NCBI GenBank assembly: GCA_015233495.1
Contig: JADFXQ010000003.1
Location: forward strand, 5,860-69,859
Direction: 5' to 3'
From: Candidatus Omnitrophota bacterium
Lineage (GTDB): Bacteria; Omnitrophota; Gorgyraeia; Zapsychrales; Zapsychraceae
DNA: 64,000 bases
Shown: one piece after another, positions 48,222-59,934 of the stretch
How positions within the stretch are numbered: the stretch's first letter is position 1
How the letters are laid out: every line of letters starts with the position of its first letter
Program-made: the position numbers and the translations under genes
The notes under the pieces: model-generated
What the model was told of the DNA's origin: nothing
Database searches by the model: none
Seen by the model: the letters and a program-made list of their open reading frames with translations, nothing else

Positions 48222-49556
48222 TTACTTCCCCATCTTCTCGTAAACCCGTACCCCTTTGAGAACGTTCATTCCGGCGATCACTTGATTGTCGGAAAGCAGG
48301 GCCTCGCGCGCTTCTTTATCTTGTTTCGCTTTATCGGTTTTTTGAGTTGCCTGAGGATTTTTTTCCGCTTCTAATTTTTTGACATCGTCGAAAACCTTCT
48401 CGATCTTTTTCTTTTTATCGACCCGCTCTTTGCCTTTGAGGTCAGCGTCATCCTCATCCTCTTTCGCCGCGTATTTCACTTCCACGTCCGGTTTGATCCC
48501 GATTTCATGAATCGAAATCCCCGAAGGCGTGTAATATTTGCTCGTAGTCAAACGCAGTCCCGAACCATCCGGCATTGGAATCACCGATTGCACGGATCCC
48601 TTACCGAAAGATTTTTCACCTACGAGAATCGCCCTTTTGTTGTCTTTTACCGCCCCGGCGAAAATCTCGCTGCCCGACGCGCTGCCCTCATTGATCAACA
48701 CCACCATCGGCCAGGCGATCAGGTGATCGTCATTGTTGGAATAGGTGATCGAATTCTGCGAAGTCCGGCGTCCTTTAGTCGAGACAATGATCTGGCCTTT
48801 CGGCAAAAAATCCTCCGTGATCTCAATAGCGATATTCAATAAACCGCCGGGATTATTGCGCAAATCCACGATCAAACTGTCCGCGCCCAAGGCTTTGAGC
48901 TGCTCCAAGCCTTCGCGGAAGGCTTTCGCGGAACCTTCGCGGAATTCGGTCAGCCGGATATAACCAATTTTATCTTCGAGAATTTGGACGTTTTTCACAT
49001 CCTGGTATTCAATGATCCCGCGGGTGATCTTCAATTCGAAAATACGGTATTCACTTTCGCGCAATATCGTCAAATGAACATCCGTGCCGGGAGTGCCGCG
49101 CAACTTTTTCACTGCGTCGCTCAAAGAGAGATCGCGGGTGAGTTCTTTTTCAATTTTAACGATACGATCCCCGGCTTTAACCCCCGCTTTCCAGGCCGGC
49201 GAATCTTCAATCGGAGATACCACTGTCAATAACCCATCCCGCACGGAAATTTCAATTCCCAAGCCGCCGAATTTCCCTTCGGTTTCGGTCTTCAATTCCG
49301 TGTATTCTTCGGGCGGCAAAAATTGGCTGTGCGGATCCAAACCCGCCAGCATCCCTTTCAGCGCGTTGTAGATCAGATCTTTAGCCGGAATTTTATCAAC
49401 ATATTCCGTCTGCACCGTAGTCAACGCGTAACTGAACAATTCAATCTTGGAATAGAGATCGTCCTTAGTCTGCTTGTCCATTTGCGAGACCGCCAACCGA
49501 GTGACGGAAAGCAAAATTGCGGCCCCAACCAGAATCTTTAACCATGGTTTCTTCAT
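48222..49556 (-). CDS. ctpA: C-terminal processing S41 peptidase
   Basis: LDPHS, PDZ GLGI, DLRNNPGG, SASGSEI, FGKGSVQ. Confidence 0.93.
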   Translation of the reverse strand: MKKPWLKILVGAAILLSVTRLAVSQMDKQTKDDLYSKIELFSYALTTVQTEYVDKIPAKDLIYNALKGMLAGLDPHSQFLPPEEYTELKTETEGKFGGLGIEISVRDGLLTVVSPIEDSPAWKAGVKAGDRIVKIEKELTRDLSLSDAVKKLRGTPGTDVHLTILRESEYRIFELKITRGIIEYQDVKNVQILEDKIGYIRLTEFREGSAKAFREGLEQLKALGADSLIVDLRNNPGGLLNIAIEITEDFLPKGQIIVSTKGRRTSQNSITYSNNDDHLIAWPMVVLINEGSASGSEIFAGAVKDNKRAILVGEKSFGKGSVQSVIPMPDGSGLRLTTSKYYTPSGISIHEIGIKPDVEVKYAAKEDEDDADLKGKERVDKKKKIEKVFDDVKKLEAEKNPQATQKTDKAKQDKEAREALLSDNQVIAGMNVLKGVRVYEKMGK

Positions 49557-49571
49557 TGTTTTCTCCTTGAG

Positions 49572-51026
49572 TTAAAACGGTTTCCCGTCTGCGCCCGCTT
49601 GCAAATTTTTCTCAATCAACTCCTTGATCTTCTTCGGATTTGCTTTCCCGCCGCTTTTTTGCATGGCTTGACCGACGAGAAAACCTATCGCTGACAATTT
49701 ACCTTCGCGGATTTGCGCCACCGTGGCCGGGTTATCCGCGAGCGCCTGCTGCGCGATTTTTAAAAGTTCCTCGTCATTTGAGACCTGCCCCCAACCCTGC
49801 TCGGCGATAATCGCGGAGCAATTTTTCCCCGAATCCAGCATAATTTTTAAAACGTCTTTCGCTTTCAATTGACTGACCGCGCCTTCCTCGATTTTGCGGA
49901 TCAGGTCGACTAAATCTTCCGGTTGCAGAGTGCTCGCGGCCACCGTTATTTTTCGCTCATTCATTTCCTTCAACACGTCCCCGTTCAGCCAATTGCAAAT
50001 TTTTTTCGCCTCGGGATAAAGCGCGGCGCATTGTTCAAAAAATCCCGCCGTCAATCGATCTTGCGCTAAGACGCCCGCGTCATAAACCGAGATGCCATAA
50101 GTTTGCGTGAATCGTTCCATTTTCGCTTGCGGCAATTCGGGAAGGGTTTGCCGCATCTCTTCCACTACTTCTTCCGGGACCGTCACGAGAGGCAAATCCG
50201 GTTCGGGAAAATAACGATAATCATGCGCCTCTTCTTTACTGCGCATCGAAAAAGTCATCGCTTTATTTTCATCCCACAACCGGGTCTCCTGTACCACCCT
50301 CTGCCCGCCGAGAATGACGGCGCGCTGTCGATTGACTTCATAATCGATGGCCGCTTTCACCGCCTTAAACGAATTCATATTCTTTAGCTCGGTTTTTGTC
50401 CCGAGTTTTGCGTCGCCTGGAGCGCGAATCGAAACATTCGCGTCGCAGCGCAAACTCCCTTTTTCCATATCGCAGTCGGAAACATCCAGATACGATAAAG
50501 TTAATTTCAAAATCCGCAAATATTCATAAGCCTCTTGCGAAGAACGCAAATCCGGTTCGGTGACAATTTCCAATAAAGGCGTGCCGGCGCGGTTATAATC
50601 CGCCAAGGAACAATTCCGGGCATCGTCGTGGATCAATTTGCCCGCGTCCTCTTCCAAATGCGCCCGGTTGATCCGGATCTTTTTCGCCGCGCCGCCATCC
50701 CCGGGAATGATCAACTCGCCTTGCCGGCAAACCGGTTGATCGAATTGCGAAATTTGATACGCCTTGGTCAAATCCGGATAAAAATAATTTTTCCGGTCAA
50801 ATTTAAACTGCGGATTGATTTCGCAGTTCAACGCCAGACCAGTTTTCAGCGCATATTCCAACGCTTTTGCATTGAACACCGGCAAGGAACCAGGAAGCCC
50901 CAGACAGACGGGACAGGTCCGGGTGTTCGGGCTTTCGCCAAATTGATTCGCGCAGCCGCAAAAAATTTTGGTGTTGGTCCGCAACTGCAAATGGACTTCT
51001 AAACCGATAACCGTTTCAAATATCAT
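49572..51026 (-). CDS. gatB: Asp/Glu-tRNA amidotransferase subunit B
   Basis: IGLEVH, RKNYFYPD, HLEEDAGK, RSKEEAHDYRYFPEPD. Confidence 0.98.
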   Translation of the reverse strand: MIFETVIGLEVHLQLRTNTKIFCGCANQFGESPNTRTCPVCLGLPGSLPVFNAKALEYALKTGLALNCEINPQFKFDRKNYFYPDLTKAYQISQFDQPVCRQGELIIPGDGGAAKKIRINRAHLEEDAGKLIHDDARNCSLADYNRAGTPLLEIVTEPDLRSSQEAYEYLRILKLTLSYLDVSDCDMEKGSLRCDANVSIRAPGDAKLGTKTELKNMNSFKAVKAAIDYEVNRQRAVILGGQRVVQETRLWDENKAMTFSMRSKEEAHDYRYFPEPDLPLVTVPEEVVEEMRQTLPELPQAKMERFTQTYGISVYDAGVLAQDRLTAGFFEQCAALYPEAKKICNWLNGDVLKEMNERKITVAASTLQPEDLVDLIRKIEEGAVSQLKAKDVLKIMLDSGKNCSAIIAEQGWGQVSNDEELLKIAQQALADNPATVAQIREGKLSAIGFLVGQAMQKSGGKANPKKIKELIEKNLQAGADGKPF

Positions 51027-51083
51027 CTGGTATTCCTTTAAACCAAAACCCTGCGCCGCCGACAGCCTCTTCGGGCTGCCTCC

Positions 51084-52516
<1,433 letters not shown>

Positions 52517-52520
<4 letters not shown>

Positions 52521-52801
52521 TCGATCACCTTCGGCACTTTAAAAGCTCCTTGGGATTTTTCCACCGCGATACTCAAGGCTTCTTCTTGCGTTAAGGAAGG
52601 CCGCGCATCGTCTGGCCTCAGGACATTCTTAAGCGGTAAAACATGATTAGTCGGTTCCACCGCGCTAACGTCTAATTGATTGAGCTTTTCAATATAACGC
52701 AGAATATCTTCCAAATTTTTCCGCAGCCGGTCGACTTCTTCCTCGCGCAAATGAATCCGCGATAAGGCTGCCACATAACGCACATCTTGGTCAGTAATCA
52801 T
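52517..52801 (-). CDS. gatC: Asp/Glu-tRNA amidotransferase subunit C
   Basis: [19 protein letters not shown]. Directly upstream of gatA. Confidence 0.95.
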
Positions 52802-52870
52802 AAGACGCAATTCTGTATAAATAAACGATTAAGAATTTTATGCGAAATAATGAGGATAATCCTAACATTA

Positions 52871-53284
52871 TTACGGAGGATTGACAAGGGCTTGTGTATT
52901 TTGTTCCCCCAAACCTTTGCGAAAATAATCCGGCAGCTGGGTAGGTTTAAATTCCGGGGTGAGACAAACTAAAGCGATTTGCGCTTCCACCAAAATCTGG
53001 CCGGTTTCTTTATTGCGGACGGTCTGATCAAAGATCAATTGCGCGGCGGTCATTTTGGTTAAAACCGCGTCGCAGGTTATGCTGTCCCCATAGCGGGCCG
53101 GAGCTTTATACTTGACCAAACATTGCCGCACCGCGTATAAAAAATTGCGTTCTTTCAATTGCCGGTCGAGCAATCCGTGTTGCTGCAAATATTCGGTGCG
53201 CGCCTCTTCCATGTATTTCAAATAATTGGCGTAATATACAACCCCGCCCGAATCCGTATCATGATAATAAATGCGGCGTTCCAT
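52871..53284 (-). CDS. YbgC/FadM family acyl-CoA thioesterase
   Basis: YYHDTDSGGVVYYANYL..EEAR. Confidence 0.9.
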   Translation of the reverse strand: MERRIYYHDTDSGGVVYYANYLKYMEEARTEYLQQHGLLDRQLKERNFLYAVRQCLVKYKAPARYGDSITCDAVLTKMTAAQLIFDQTVRNKETGQILVEAQIALVCLTPEFKPTQLPDYFRKGLGEQNTQALVNPP

Positions 53285-53982
53285 TATTTAAATACCGCGT
53301 CCGGTGTCGGGGTTGGTTCGGCGGCGGGTTTGGCAGCGCTGTCCGTTGCCGGCGGCGCCGGGGATTTTTCCGCTTTTTTATCCGCGGGTTTAGCCGTTTC
53401 TTTGACCGGTTTAGACTGTAAACTGGTATCCGCGGTTACTGAATCGCTGTCCAGAAGCTTATCCAATTTATCCGCTTTCCAAGCCGAAACCACAAAATAA
53501 TTTTCAAACGTCAAACGCAATTCTCCCCAATAATACACGGAAATTTCCCCATCATCACTCGCGGGGAAAGCCTCCGTGGGGTTCTTGTAATCTTTAATGA
53601 TATCGTCAATCAGGCTCAGCCATTCTCCCGTGACTTGCTGGCTTTCCAAATCTTTGCGCAGTTTATTGATATCTTTGCTGTATCCCGGCTGATGGGAAAA
53701 GTCATACTGCCAGGAACGAAAATACCGCTGTTTCGAAAATTCAATCCGAAAATCGCCGTAATTATAGGTAATTTTCTTTTCCTGTTCCAAAACATCCGCC
53801 GCATCGCCATAGTACGAACTGATTTGTTTCAAACGGGTTTCCCCGACTTTAATTTTACCGTCTAATAAATCCTTTTTCAGAAAATTAATCTCTTCTTTTG
53901 ACGCTAACCGCCCTTTCGCGGCCCACCCCGAAACCGCGCCCGTCAACGTTAAAAGCAGAACCAAACATAATGTTCGTCTCAT
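53284..53982 (-). CDS. Secreted hypothetical protein with two repeated domains and a Pro/Ala/Lys-rich tail
   Basis: Signal peptide and an internal duplication (see findings). Confidence 0.75.
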   Translation of the reverse strand: MRRTLCLVLLLTLTGAVSGWAAKGRLASKEEINFLKKDLLDGKIKVGETRLKQISSYYGDAADVLEQEKKITYNYGDFRIEFSKQRYFRSWQYDFSHQPGYSKDINKLRKDLESQQVTGEWLSLIDDIIKDYKNPTEAFPASDDGEISVYYWGELRLTFENYFVVSAWKADKLDKLLDSDSVTADTSLQSKPVKETAKPADKKAEKSPAPPATDSAAKPAAEPTPTPDAVFK

Positions 53983-54068
53983 GGGTCACCTTCTCCGTTT
54001 GAATTTTATAAATTTAATAACTTGATTATAACACAGAGTCGTAAAACAAAAATTTGAAAAACATATTT

Positions 54069-55790
54069 TTATAGTTCCAACGCGGCGCGCGCCGGACCTA
54101 TCCATTCTTCCATCCGCTTTTGCGAAAAATCAAATTCCAAGCCGGCGGTCTTAAACAATTCCGGCAAAGGCTTTGCTCCGCCTAGACGCAAGGCCCTCTG
54201 ATAATCTGCTACTGCCCGCCGGTGATCTTTTTGGTAATTCTCCCACACTTGCAGAGCGCCCAATTGGGCAATGCCGTATTCGATATAATAAAACGGCACT
54301 TCAAAAATATGCAATTGTTTGTGCCATAAAGCGGATTTTGCCGGCTTAAGACCCGTCCAATCAACCAGCTCCCCGCCGAACCGGTCATAAATCTCCACCC
54401 AAATTTGATCCCGCTCTGCGTGAGAATGTCCGGGATGACTATAAATCCAATGCTGGAAAGCGTCAATAACCGCCACCCAGACTAAGGTGTAGACTACATC
54501 CTCCAGATGATCCGTCACCGAACGCCGCTTCTCGTCTGACGAATAAAATACCCCCAGAAATTCTCCGCCTAAAAGCTCCATCGCCATTGAAGCCACCTCA
54601 GAGAATTCCATCGGCGCCCGCCGATAAGACACCAACGGTTCTGCGACGCATGCCAAAGCGTGAAACGCGTGTCCGCCTTCATGCAAAAGCGTGCGCACAT
54701 CGGTGTCCACGCCGACCGAGTTCATAAAAATAAACGGCTGGCGCGCTTCTTGCAGCGTGCTTTGATATCCTCCGGGAGCTTTGCCTTTGCGGCTGAGCAA
54801 GTCTAACAATCCTTTTTCTGCCATCGCCGAAAACTGGCGGCCGAACAAAGGATCGATTTTCTGAAATATTTTTTCGCACCCCAAAATTAATTCTTCCGAA
54901 CTAGTAAAAGGTTTTAAAGCCGGCCGGCCGAGCGGATCCGCGCTCAAATCCCAGGGCCGCAATTGCGCGAGACCCATCTGTAGTTTCCGCCGCTGGAGAA
55001 TTTCTTTCCATAAGGGCAAAATGACGTTTGCCACCGCCGCGTGAAACTGCGCGCAATCCGCGGGCGAATAATCAAAACGGTGATAATGCCGAAATTGATA
55101 TTCAATAAAATCCCGGCAACCGGCGTTAGCCGCTGCTGTCTGTCGTAAAGCCAGCATCCGGTCGAATAAATCATCCAATCTCCGACGCTCGGCTAAACGG
55201 CGCTCGGTTAGCGCCCGCCAGGCTTTTTCCCGCAATAAACGGTCGGGTTCTAATAAATATTTGGAAACTTCTGGCAAGGTCTGTTCTCGGCCTTCGAACG
55301 GGACGGTCATGGCCGCGCTGATCGTCTGATATTCCTGGGTCAGCAAATCAATTTTAGTAAATAACGGAATATTTTTATCCCGGAACAAGGCCCGGTCTTC
55401 CCGGGTTCCCCTTAAATACACCGCATAGCGTTGTTCCTCCAAAGGAAATTTTTGCCACAATTCCAAAAAGCGCTGATCCAACTGGTCATTGATTTTATCG
55501 TGAACCGGCGCGACAGTTTCGATGAACTTTGTGTACGCCGCGGCTTTGGCCGGATCATCCGTCTGGCAGGTCATGGCAATATTCAAAAGGGATTCGGTCT
55601 GGTCTAAACCAGCCGCGTATTCCGAGCAATCCAAAATCCACTGTTCGAATTCGGAAGAGGAATCAACCCGACGATAAATCAGCAAGCGGCCATATTGTTC
55701 CACCACGATAGAACAACTTAAGTCTGCGTCCGGCGATAAAAATTGACGGGGCTGAAAAGCCGAAATATGGTTAAAAATTTTTGTCGTCAT
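54069..55790 (-). CDS. M3 family oligoendopeptidase (PepF-like)
   Basis: GKAPGGY, LLHEGGHAFH, EVAS, PFYYIEY. Confidence 0.93.
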   Translation of the reverse strand: MTTKIFNHISAFQPRQFLSPDADLSCSIVVEQYGRLLIYRRVDSSSEFEQWILDCSEYAAGLDQTESLLNIAMTCQTDDPAKAAAYTKFIETVAPVHDKINDQLDQRFLELWQKFPLEEQRYAVYLRGTREDRALFRDKNIPLFTKIDLLTQEYQTISAAMTVPFEGREQTLPEVSKYLLEPDRLLREKAWRALTERRLAERRRLDDLFDRMLALRQTAAANAGCRDFIEYQFRHYHRFDYSPADCAQFHAAVANVILPLWKEILQRRKLQMGLAQLRPWDLSADPLGRPALKPFTSSEELILGCEKIFQKIDPLFGRQFSAMAEKGLLDLLSRKGKAPGGYQSTLQEARQPFIFMNSVGVDTDVRTLLHEGGHAFHALACVAEPLVSYRRAPMEFSEVASMAMELLGGEFLGVFYSSDEKRRSVTDHLEDVVYTLVWVAVIDAFQHWIYSHPGHSHAERDQIWVEIYDRFGGELVDWTGLKPAKSALWHKQLHIFEVPFYYIEYGIAQLGALQVWENYQKDHRRAVADYQRALRLGGAKPLPELFKTAGLEFDFSQKRMEEWIGPARAALEL

Positions 55791-55796
55791 CTTTAC

Positions 55797-55825
55797 TTGA
55801 CAAAACTACAGAATACGAGTATATT
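55797..55825 (+). promoter_or_regulatory. rpmB promoter
   Basis: TTGACA-17bp-TATATT. Confidence 0.65.
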
Positions 55826-55865
55826 TTTGAATCAAATTTGAATTCCTTTTGAACTGGAGAAAATC

Positions 55866-56093
55866 ATGGCACAAATCTGCGAAATCTGCGGGAAGGGCGC
55901 GCTTCCCGGCAATAAATATAAAAGACGCGGTATGGTGAAAAGCAAAGGCGGCGCCGGTTCCAAGGTCGTCGGTAAAACTCTGCGCCGGTTCCTGCCTAAT
56001 TTGCAATCAGTGAAGATCACCCAAAAAGGCACTGTGCGCCGGACCAAAGTCTGCGCCAGCTGCATTCAGGCCGGCAAAATCACCAAAGCCTAA
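55866..56093 (+). CDS. rpmB: 50S ribosomal protein L28 (Zn-ribbon form)
   Basis: CEICGK...RRFLPNL...VCASC. GGAG RBS. Confidence 0.95.
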   Translation: MAQICEICGKGALPGNKYKRRGMVKSKGGAGSKVVGKTLRRFLPNLQSVKITQKGTVRRTKVCASCIQAGKITKA

Positions 56094-56114
56094 AAAGCTT
56101 CCGGATCATTTTTT

Positions 56115-56147
56115 AAAATAGCCAAGCTTAATAAACTTGGCTATTTT
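56115..56147. terminator. Bidirectional intrinsic terminator between rpmB and recJ
   Basis: aaaatagccaag...cttggctatttt inverted repeat. Confidence 0.75.
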
Positions 56148-56150
56148 ATT

Positions 56151-57833
56151 TTAGGCAAAACGTATGTCTTTAATTACCAATTGCACCGACGGCGGCTTGT
56201 TCCAGTCGTCAATCGCCGCTTCGTAAGCCAAATCAAACTGCGGCTGCGCGGCCAACAATGACGCGTATTTTCCCATCCCGAAACCAACCGCGGACAACGA
56301 TACCTGTCCATCGGTAACCCAAAATTTTAAAGTGTCCTTCGCTAACACCCGCGGCGCGCCTTTTAAACGCAATTGCGTTGAACAAAATACCGGCGAAGGA
56401 TTTCCTTCGCCAAATGGTTCCATGGTCTCAACCATCTTGACTAAATCCATATTGATCCGCGATAATTCAACTTGGCCGTCAATGTCTAAGGTGGGCGTCA
56501 TTTTATTCCGGATTAATACATCCGCAGCCACCTGGTTGATCAGGTCCCGAAACGGGTCAATATTTTCGGCGCGTATGGTTAACCCGGCCGCGCCTTCATG
56601 CCCGCCAAACGCGTCTAAACACGCCGCGCAGGATTGTAACGCCTTCTGCAGATGAAATCCGTCAACTGACCGCCCGGAAGCTGTGCCTATGCCGTCTTTA
56701 AGCGAGATGACAATCGCCGGGCGATAATACTTTTCCGAAATTTTTGACGCGACAATGCCTAAAATTCCTTTATGCCATCCCTCTTTGCTTAAAACAATCA
56801 CTTTATCTTCTTGAAAACGACCGCTCTCTTCCACAATGGCAATCGCCTCCTGCACAATGGCGCGTTGCGTTTTTTGCCGTTCCTGATTATGCGCTTCCAA
56901 TTCTCGCGCCAAGGCGAATGCCGTGTCCGGTGTTTCGCTTAAAAACAAATCCAAAGAGGAATGGGCGGAATCCATGCGTCCGGCGGCGTTGATCCGCGGG
57001 CCTAACACAAAACCAATATGATACGGCGTTAGTTTTTTTGTGTTGAGCTTAGCCAGTTCCATCAGAGCGGCTAAGCCATAATTAGCAGTGCGCGCCATAC
57101 GGCCCAACCCGTGTTTAACAATGATCCGATTCTCGCCTTTTAAAGGGACCACATCCGCGACTGTGCCTAGCGTGGTCAAATCCATGATTTCCGCGTCGCG
57201 CTTCCCAGTTAATGCTTCCGCGACTTTCGCGGCTAAACCTACCGCGGCTAAATCGCGAAACGGATATCCGCTGTTAGAAATTTTAGGATCAATAATTGCG
57301 AAGGCATTGGGAAGCTGGCGGCTGTCCGGTTCATGGTGATCAATAATGATTACCTCCATTCCCAAACTGTTAAAATACTCCACTGCGGCAAAAGCCGTAA
57401 CCCCGCAATCCACCGCAATCATTAAAGTTATTTTATTTTCTCGGGCAAATTCACCGATCCCGCAGCTCAACCCATAGCCGTCGTCAACCCGATGCGGTAT
57501 ATGGTTGATAACCTCAAGCCCCATACCCGTTAAAACCTTGTACAAAACCGCACAAGACGTTACCCCGTCGACATCATAATCGCCAAAAATCAAAACCCGT
57601 TCGTTGGTTTGCCGGGCCTCATGGATCCGGGCCACGATCTTTTTCATATCTTTAAAAAGAAACGGGTCATGCAGGTCAATTAAATCCGGGAAGAGAAAAT
57701 CTCGGGCTTGTTCCGGGTCGTCCAGACCACGGTTCACGAGCAGGGCCGCCACTAAAGGCGCAATCCCCAAAACGCGGCTTAAATGATCAATGAGTGCCTG
57801 GGCAGGTTCAGCGACGCGCCAAAATTTTTCCAT
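56151..57833 (-). CDS. recJ: ssDNA exonuclease RecJ
   Basis: GDYDVDG, DGYG, VDCG, DHH, PRINAAGR, GGH..AAG, PFGEGNP. Confidence 0.97.
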   Translation of the reverse strand: MEKFWRVAEPAQALIDHLSRVLGIAPLVAALLVNRGLDDPEQARDFLFPDLIDLHDPFLFKDMKKIVARIHEARQTNERVLIFGDYDVDGVTSCAVLYKVLTGMGLEVINHIPHRVDDGYGLSCGIGEFARENKITLMIAVDCGVTAFAAVEYFNSLGMEVIIIDHHEPDSRQLPNAFAIIDPKISNSGYPFRDLAAVGLAAKVAEALTGKRDAEIMDLTTLGTVADVVPLKGENRIIVKHGLGRMARTANYGLAALMELAKLNTKKLTPYHIGFVLGPRINAAGRMDSAHSSLDLFLSETPDTAFALARELEAHNQERQKTQRAIVQEAIAIVEESGRFQEDKVIVLSKEGWHKGILGIVASKISEKYYRPAIVISLKDGIGTASGRSVDGFHLQKALQSCAACLDAFGGHEGAAGLTIRAENIDPFRDLINQVAADVLIRNKMTPTLDIDGQVELSRINMDLVKMVETMEPFGEGNPSPVFCSTQLRLKGAPRVLAKDTLKFWVTDGQVSLSAVGFGMGKYASLLAAQPQFDLAYEAAIDDWNKPPSVQLVIKDIRFA

Positions 57834-58007
57834 AAAAAACCGCCAGCCAAAAAAGTCAATTTAACAGTCCCGCCCTAATGACCGCACCCAAGATTATTTA
57901 TTTAATGTGTCCTGACAATACATGATATTTTCATTTACATTCGTTTCAGAAATTAATAAGTTATTTTCTTTCTTATCAAATACAGCGCGCAAACTCGTTG
58001 CTCCGCC

Positions 58008-58835
58008 TTACTTCTGCGCTTGCAGCCTGCCCTGGATAATTTCAAGGATCGCCGGATTTTTACTACTCTTGGCAAGCTCTAGAATTGAAGCCGCCTCTTC
58101 CTTGTAGGCATGAAAGTCAGACGCTCTGAAATCCATAGGATTACCGGAAGGCGCAGAAACATAAGCGTCTCGATACACCACTTCGGCCTTCACATCAGCA
58201 CCTTTTTCAACAAGATAGCGGACCATATCAACGTTTTTTATCGTAATGGCATAGGAAAGAGCAGAATGACCCTCCGCGCTCACCGCATCACCGCCAGTAA
58301 GCGTAGAACTTGAACTGCCCGAACCAGAATTGTAGGTGAACGTCATTGACTTTTTGGCCGTGCGCCTGGCATTAACGTCAGCGCCTGCCTCAACCAAGGC
58401 CCGTACGACTTCCAAATGACCGTTCTCAGCTGCGGCCAGCAACGCCGTTCGATCCCCTTCACTGCTCACCTTTCCATTCACCTTCGCGCCTTTTTCAAGC
58501 AAGATGCGAACAACATCCACATACCCATTAAGAGCCGCAACATCCAACAGGGCCTGCCAAGAACTATCATTAACATTCACACCTGCGCCTTTATCAAACA
58601 GGGTACGCACAACATCGGCATTGCCTTTAATAACAGCTATCGTCAGCGCAGTCTGGCCATAACTATTCTTCGCGTTCACATCCGCGCCCTTATCGATCAA
58701 CGCAATTACCTTGTTAGGTTCGCGCTGTTCACTAGCCCTCATAAGCGCTGTCATGCCTGTCGGCCCCGAGGTGGCGCACCCGCAACAAGCCATTGTCAAT
58801 ACCAAAATACCCATCATTTCTTTTTTGTAACTCAT
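58008..58835 (-). CDS. Ankyrin-repeat lipoprotein
   Basis: Lipobox-like CCGC and about 5 ankyrin repeats (G.TAL..A...G...VV..L...GADVN). Confidence 0.85.
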   Translation of the reverse strand: MSYKKEMMGILVLTMACCGCATSGPTGMTALMRASEQREPNKVIALIDKGADVNAKNSYGQTALTIAVIKGNADVVRTLFDKGAGVNVNDSSWQALLDVAALNGYVDVVRILLEKGAKVNGKVSSEGDRTALLAAAENGHLEVVRALVEAGADVNARRTAKKSMTFTYNSGSGSSSSTLTGGDAVSAEGHSALSYAITIKNVDMVRYLVEKGADVKAEVVYRDAYVSAPSGNPMDFRASDFHAYKEEAASILELAKSSKNPAILEIIQGRLQAQK

Positions 58836-58860
58836 TTCATCCTCCATCTGTTAACCGGCA

Positions 58861-59646
58861 TTATTCAATAACCTTCATCCCCTTTAGGCATTTTTCCGCC
58901 GCCCTTCTCGCACTCTTTCTAAAGTCCGCGATAAACAGCTCCAGGTCCCCCTCTTTGTTCAATAAATGGACATTCCCCGATGTAAACGCCGAACCTGAGG
59001 CCAGGACATTCCCTGATACAGGATCAACTAATTTTATGTATGCCGTAAGATATAAGTCGTTCTTGTCGGACAACGAGCTTCCAACGGAGACCTCAAGAGC
59101 GATGAACTGTTCATTCGGCAGATCCGTGACAACGGGATCCTTGCCAGCGACACCACTCAGCCAGTCTTCATGCGCCATCTTCGTCCGCGGATCAAATGTT
59201 ATTGAAAAAGGACGCGGAAACTTGTCGATCCAGGATTCCGTACCCGGGACGATCTCTGATCCGCGATGAAGCATGATCGCATTAACATTGCGGGAAGAAT
59301 GTTTCAAAAGATCAACCGCCTCTTCCGCAATGATCTGTTCCGCAACGAATTTGGCAGCCGCAGCGTTCAACTTTTCACAATAAACTTCAAGCTCAGGCTT
59401 TTCCAATGCCAATTTATTCGCAATATGATTCCCTATAATACCTCCAAAGAAGAAAGCAGCTTTGTGGGTGCTGGCAATCCCGGTCGCCGTTCCCTTAAAC
59501 GGGACAACAATGATCGATTTATTTTCCAAATTAGATGCTTTCTTAAGCTCATTTACTTGAAAAAGACTGTCCGGCATATGAAATGCACAGCCGGAACAAA
59601 ATAACATAATCAAACATAGCATTGTCTGCCTTGATCTAAACTTCAT
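58861..59646 (-). CDS. Hypothetical lipoprotein
   Basis: Lipobox FCSGC. AAGGAG RBS. Confidence 0.7.
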   Translation of the reverse strand: MKFRSRQTMLCLIMLFCSGCAFHMPDSLFQVNELKKASNLENKSIIVVPFKGTATGIASTHKAAFFFGGIIGNHIANKLALEKPELEVYCEKLNAAAAKFVAEQIIAEEAVDLLKHSSRNVNAIMLHRGSEIVPGTESWIDKFPRPFSITFDPRTKMAHEDWLSGVAGKDPVVTDLPNEQFIALEVSVGSSLSDKNDLYLTAYIKLVDPVSGNVLASGSAFTSGNVHLLNKEGDLELFIADFRKSARRAAEKCLKGMKVIE

Positions 59647-59934
59647 GTTTTCTCCTTATTCCTTCGCCCGCACATCTCCCTCGGCTACAGAACACCCGTC
59701 GAGATTCCCGAGCTCAAAGAAATTACAACCATTCAAGGCAAATGGATTAGAATCCTTTCCATGGCCTCTTAAATTTATTGTCAAAGAACACAAAATAATT
59801 CCCGCCGTCCGTATCACACTGCCTACCGCCGGCAAATGGCAAACTTCCCATACTTGCAACCCTATTTACCGTTAATTTTTCATAGAACTTTTGACACTAT
59901 CCGCGGCAAACTTCAAATTTGCTGCAGATTCAAT

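Noticed and set aside
59645-59875. Short ORFs 59656..59859 (-) and 59645..59875 (+)
   Set aside because: No clear RBS or recognisable motif; may be decayed sequence but cannot be supported.
57840-59930. Integron cassette array
   Set aside because: No attC-like RYYYAAC...GTTRRRY hairpins between the genes and no intI.
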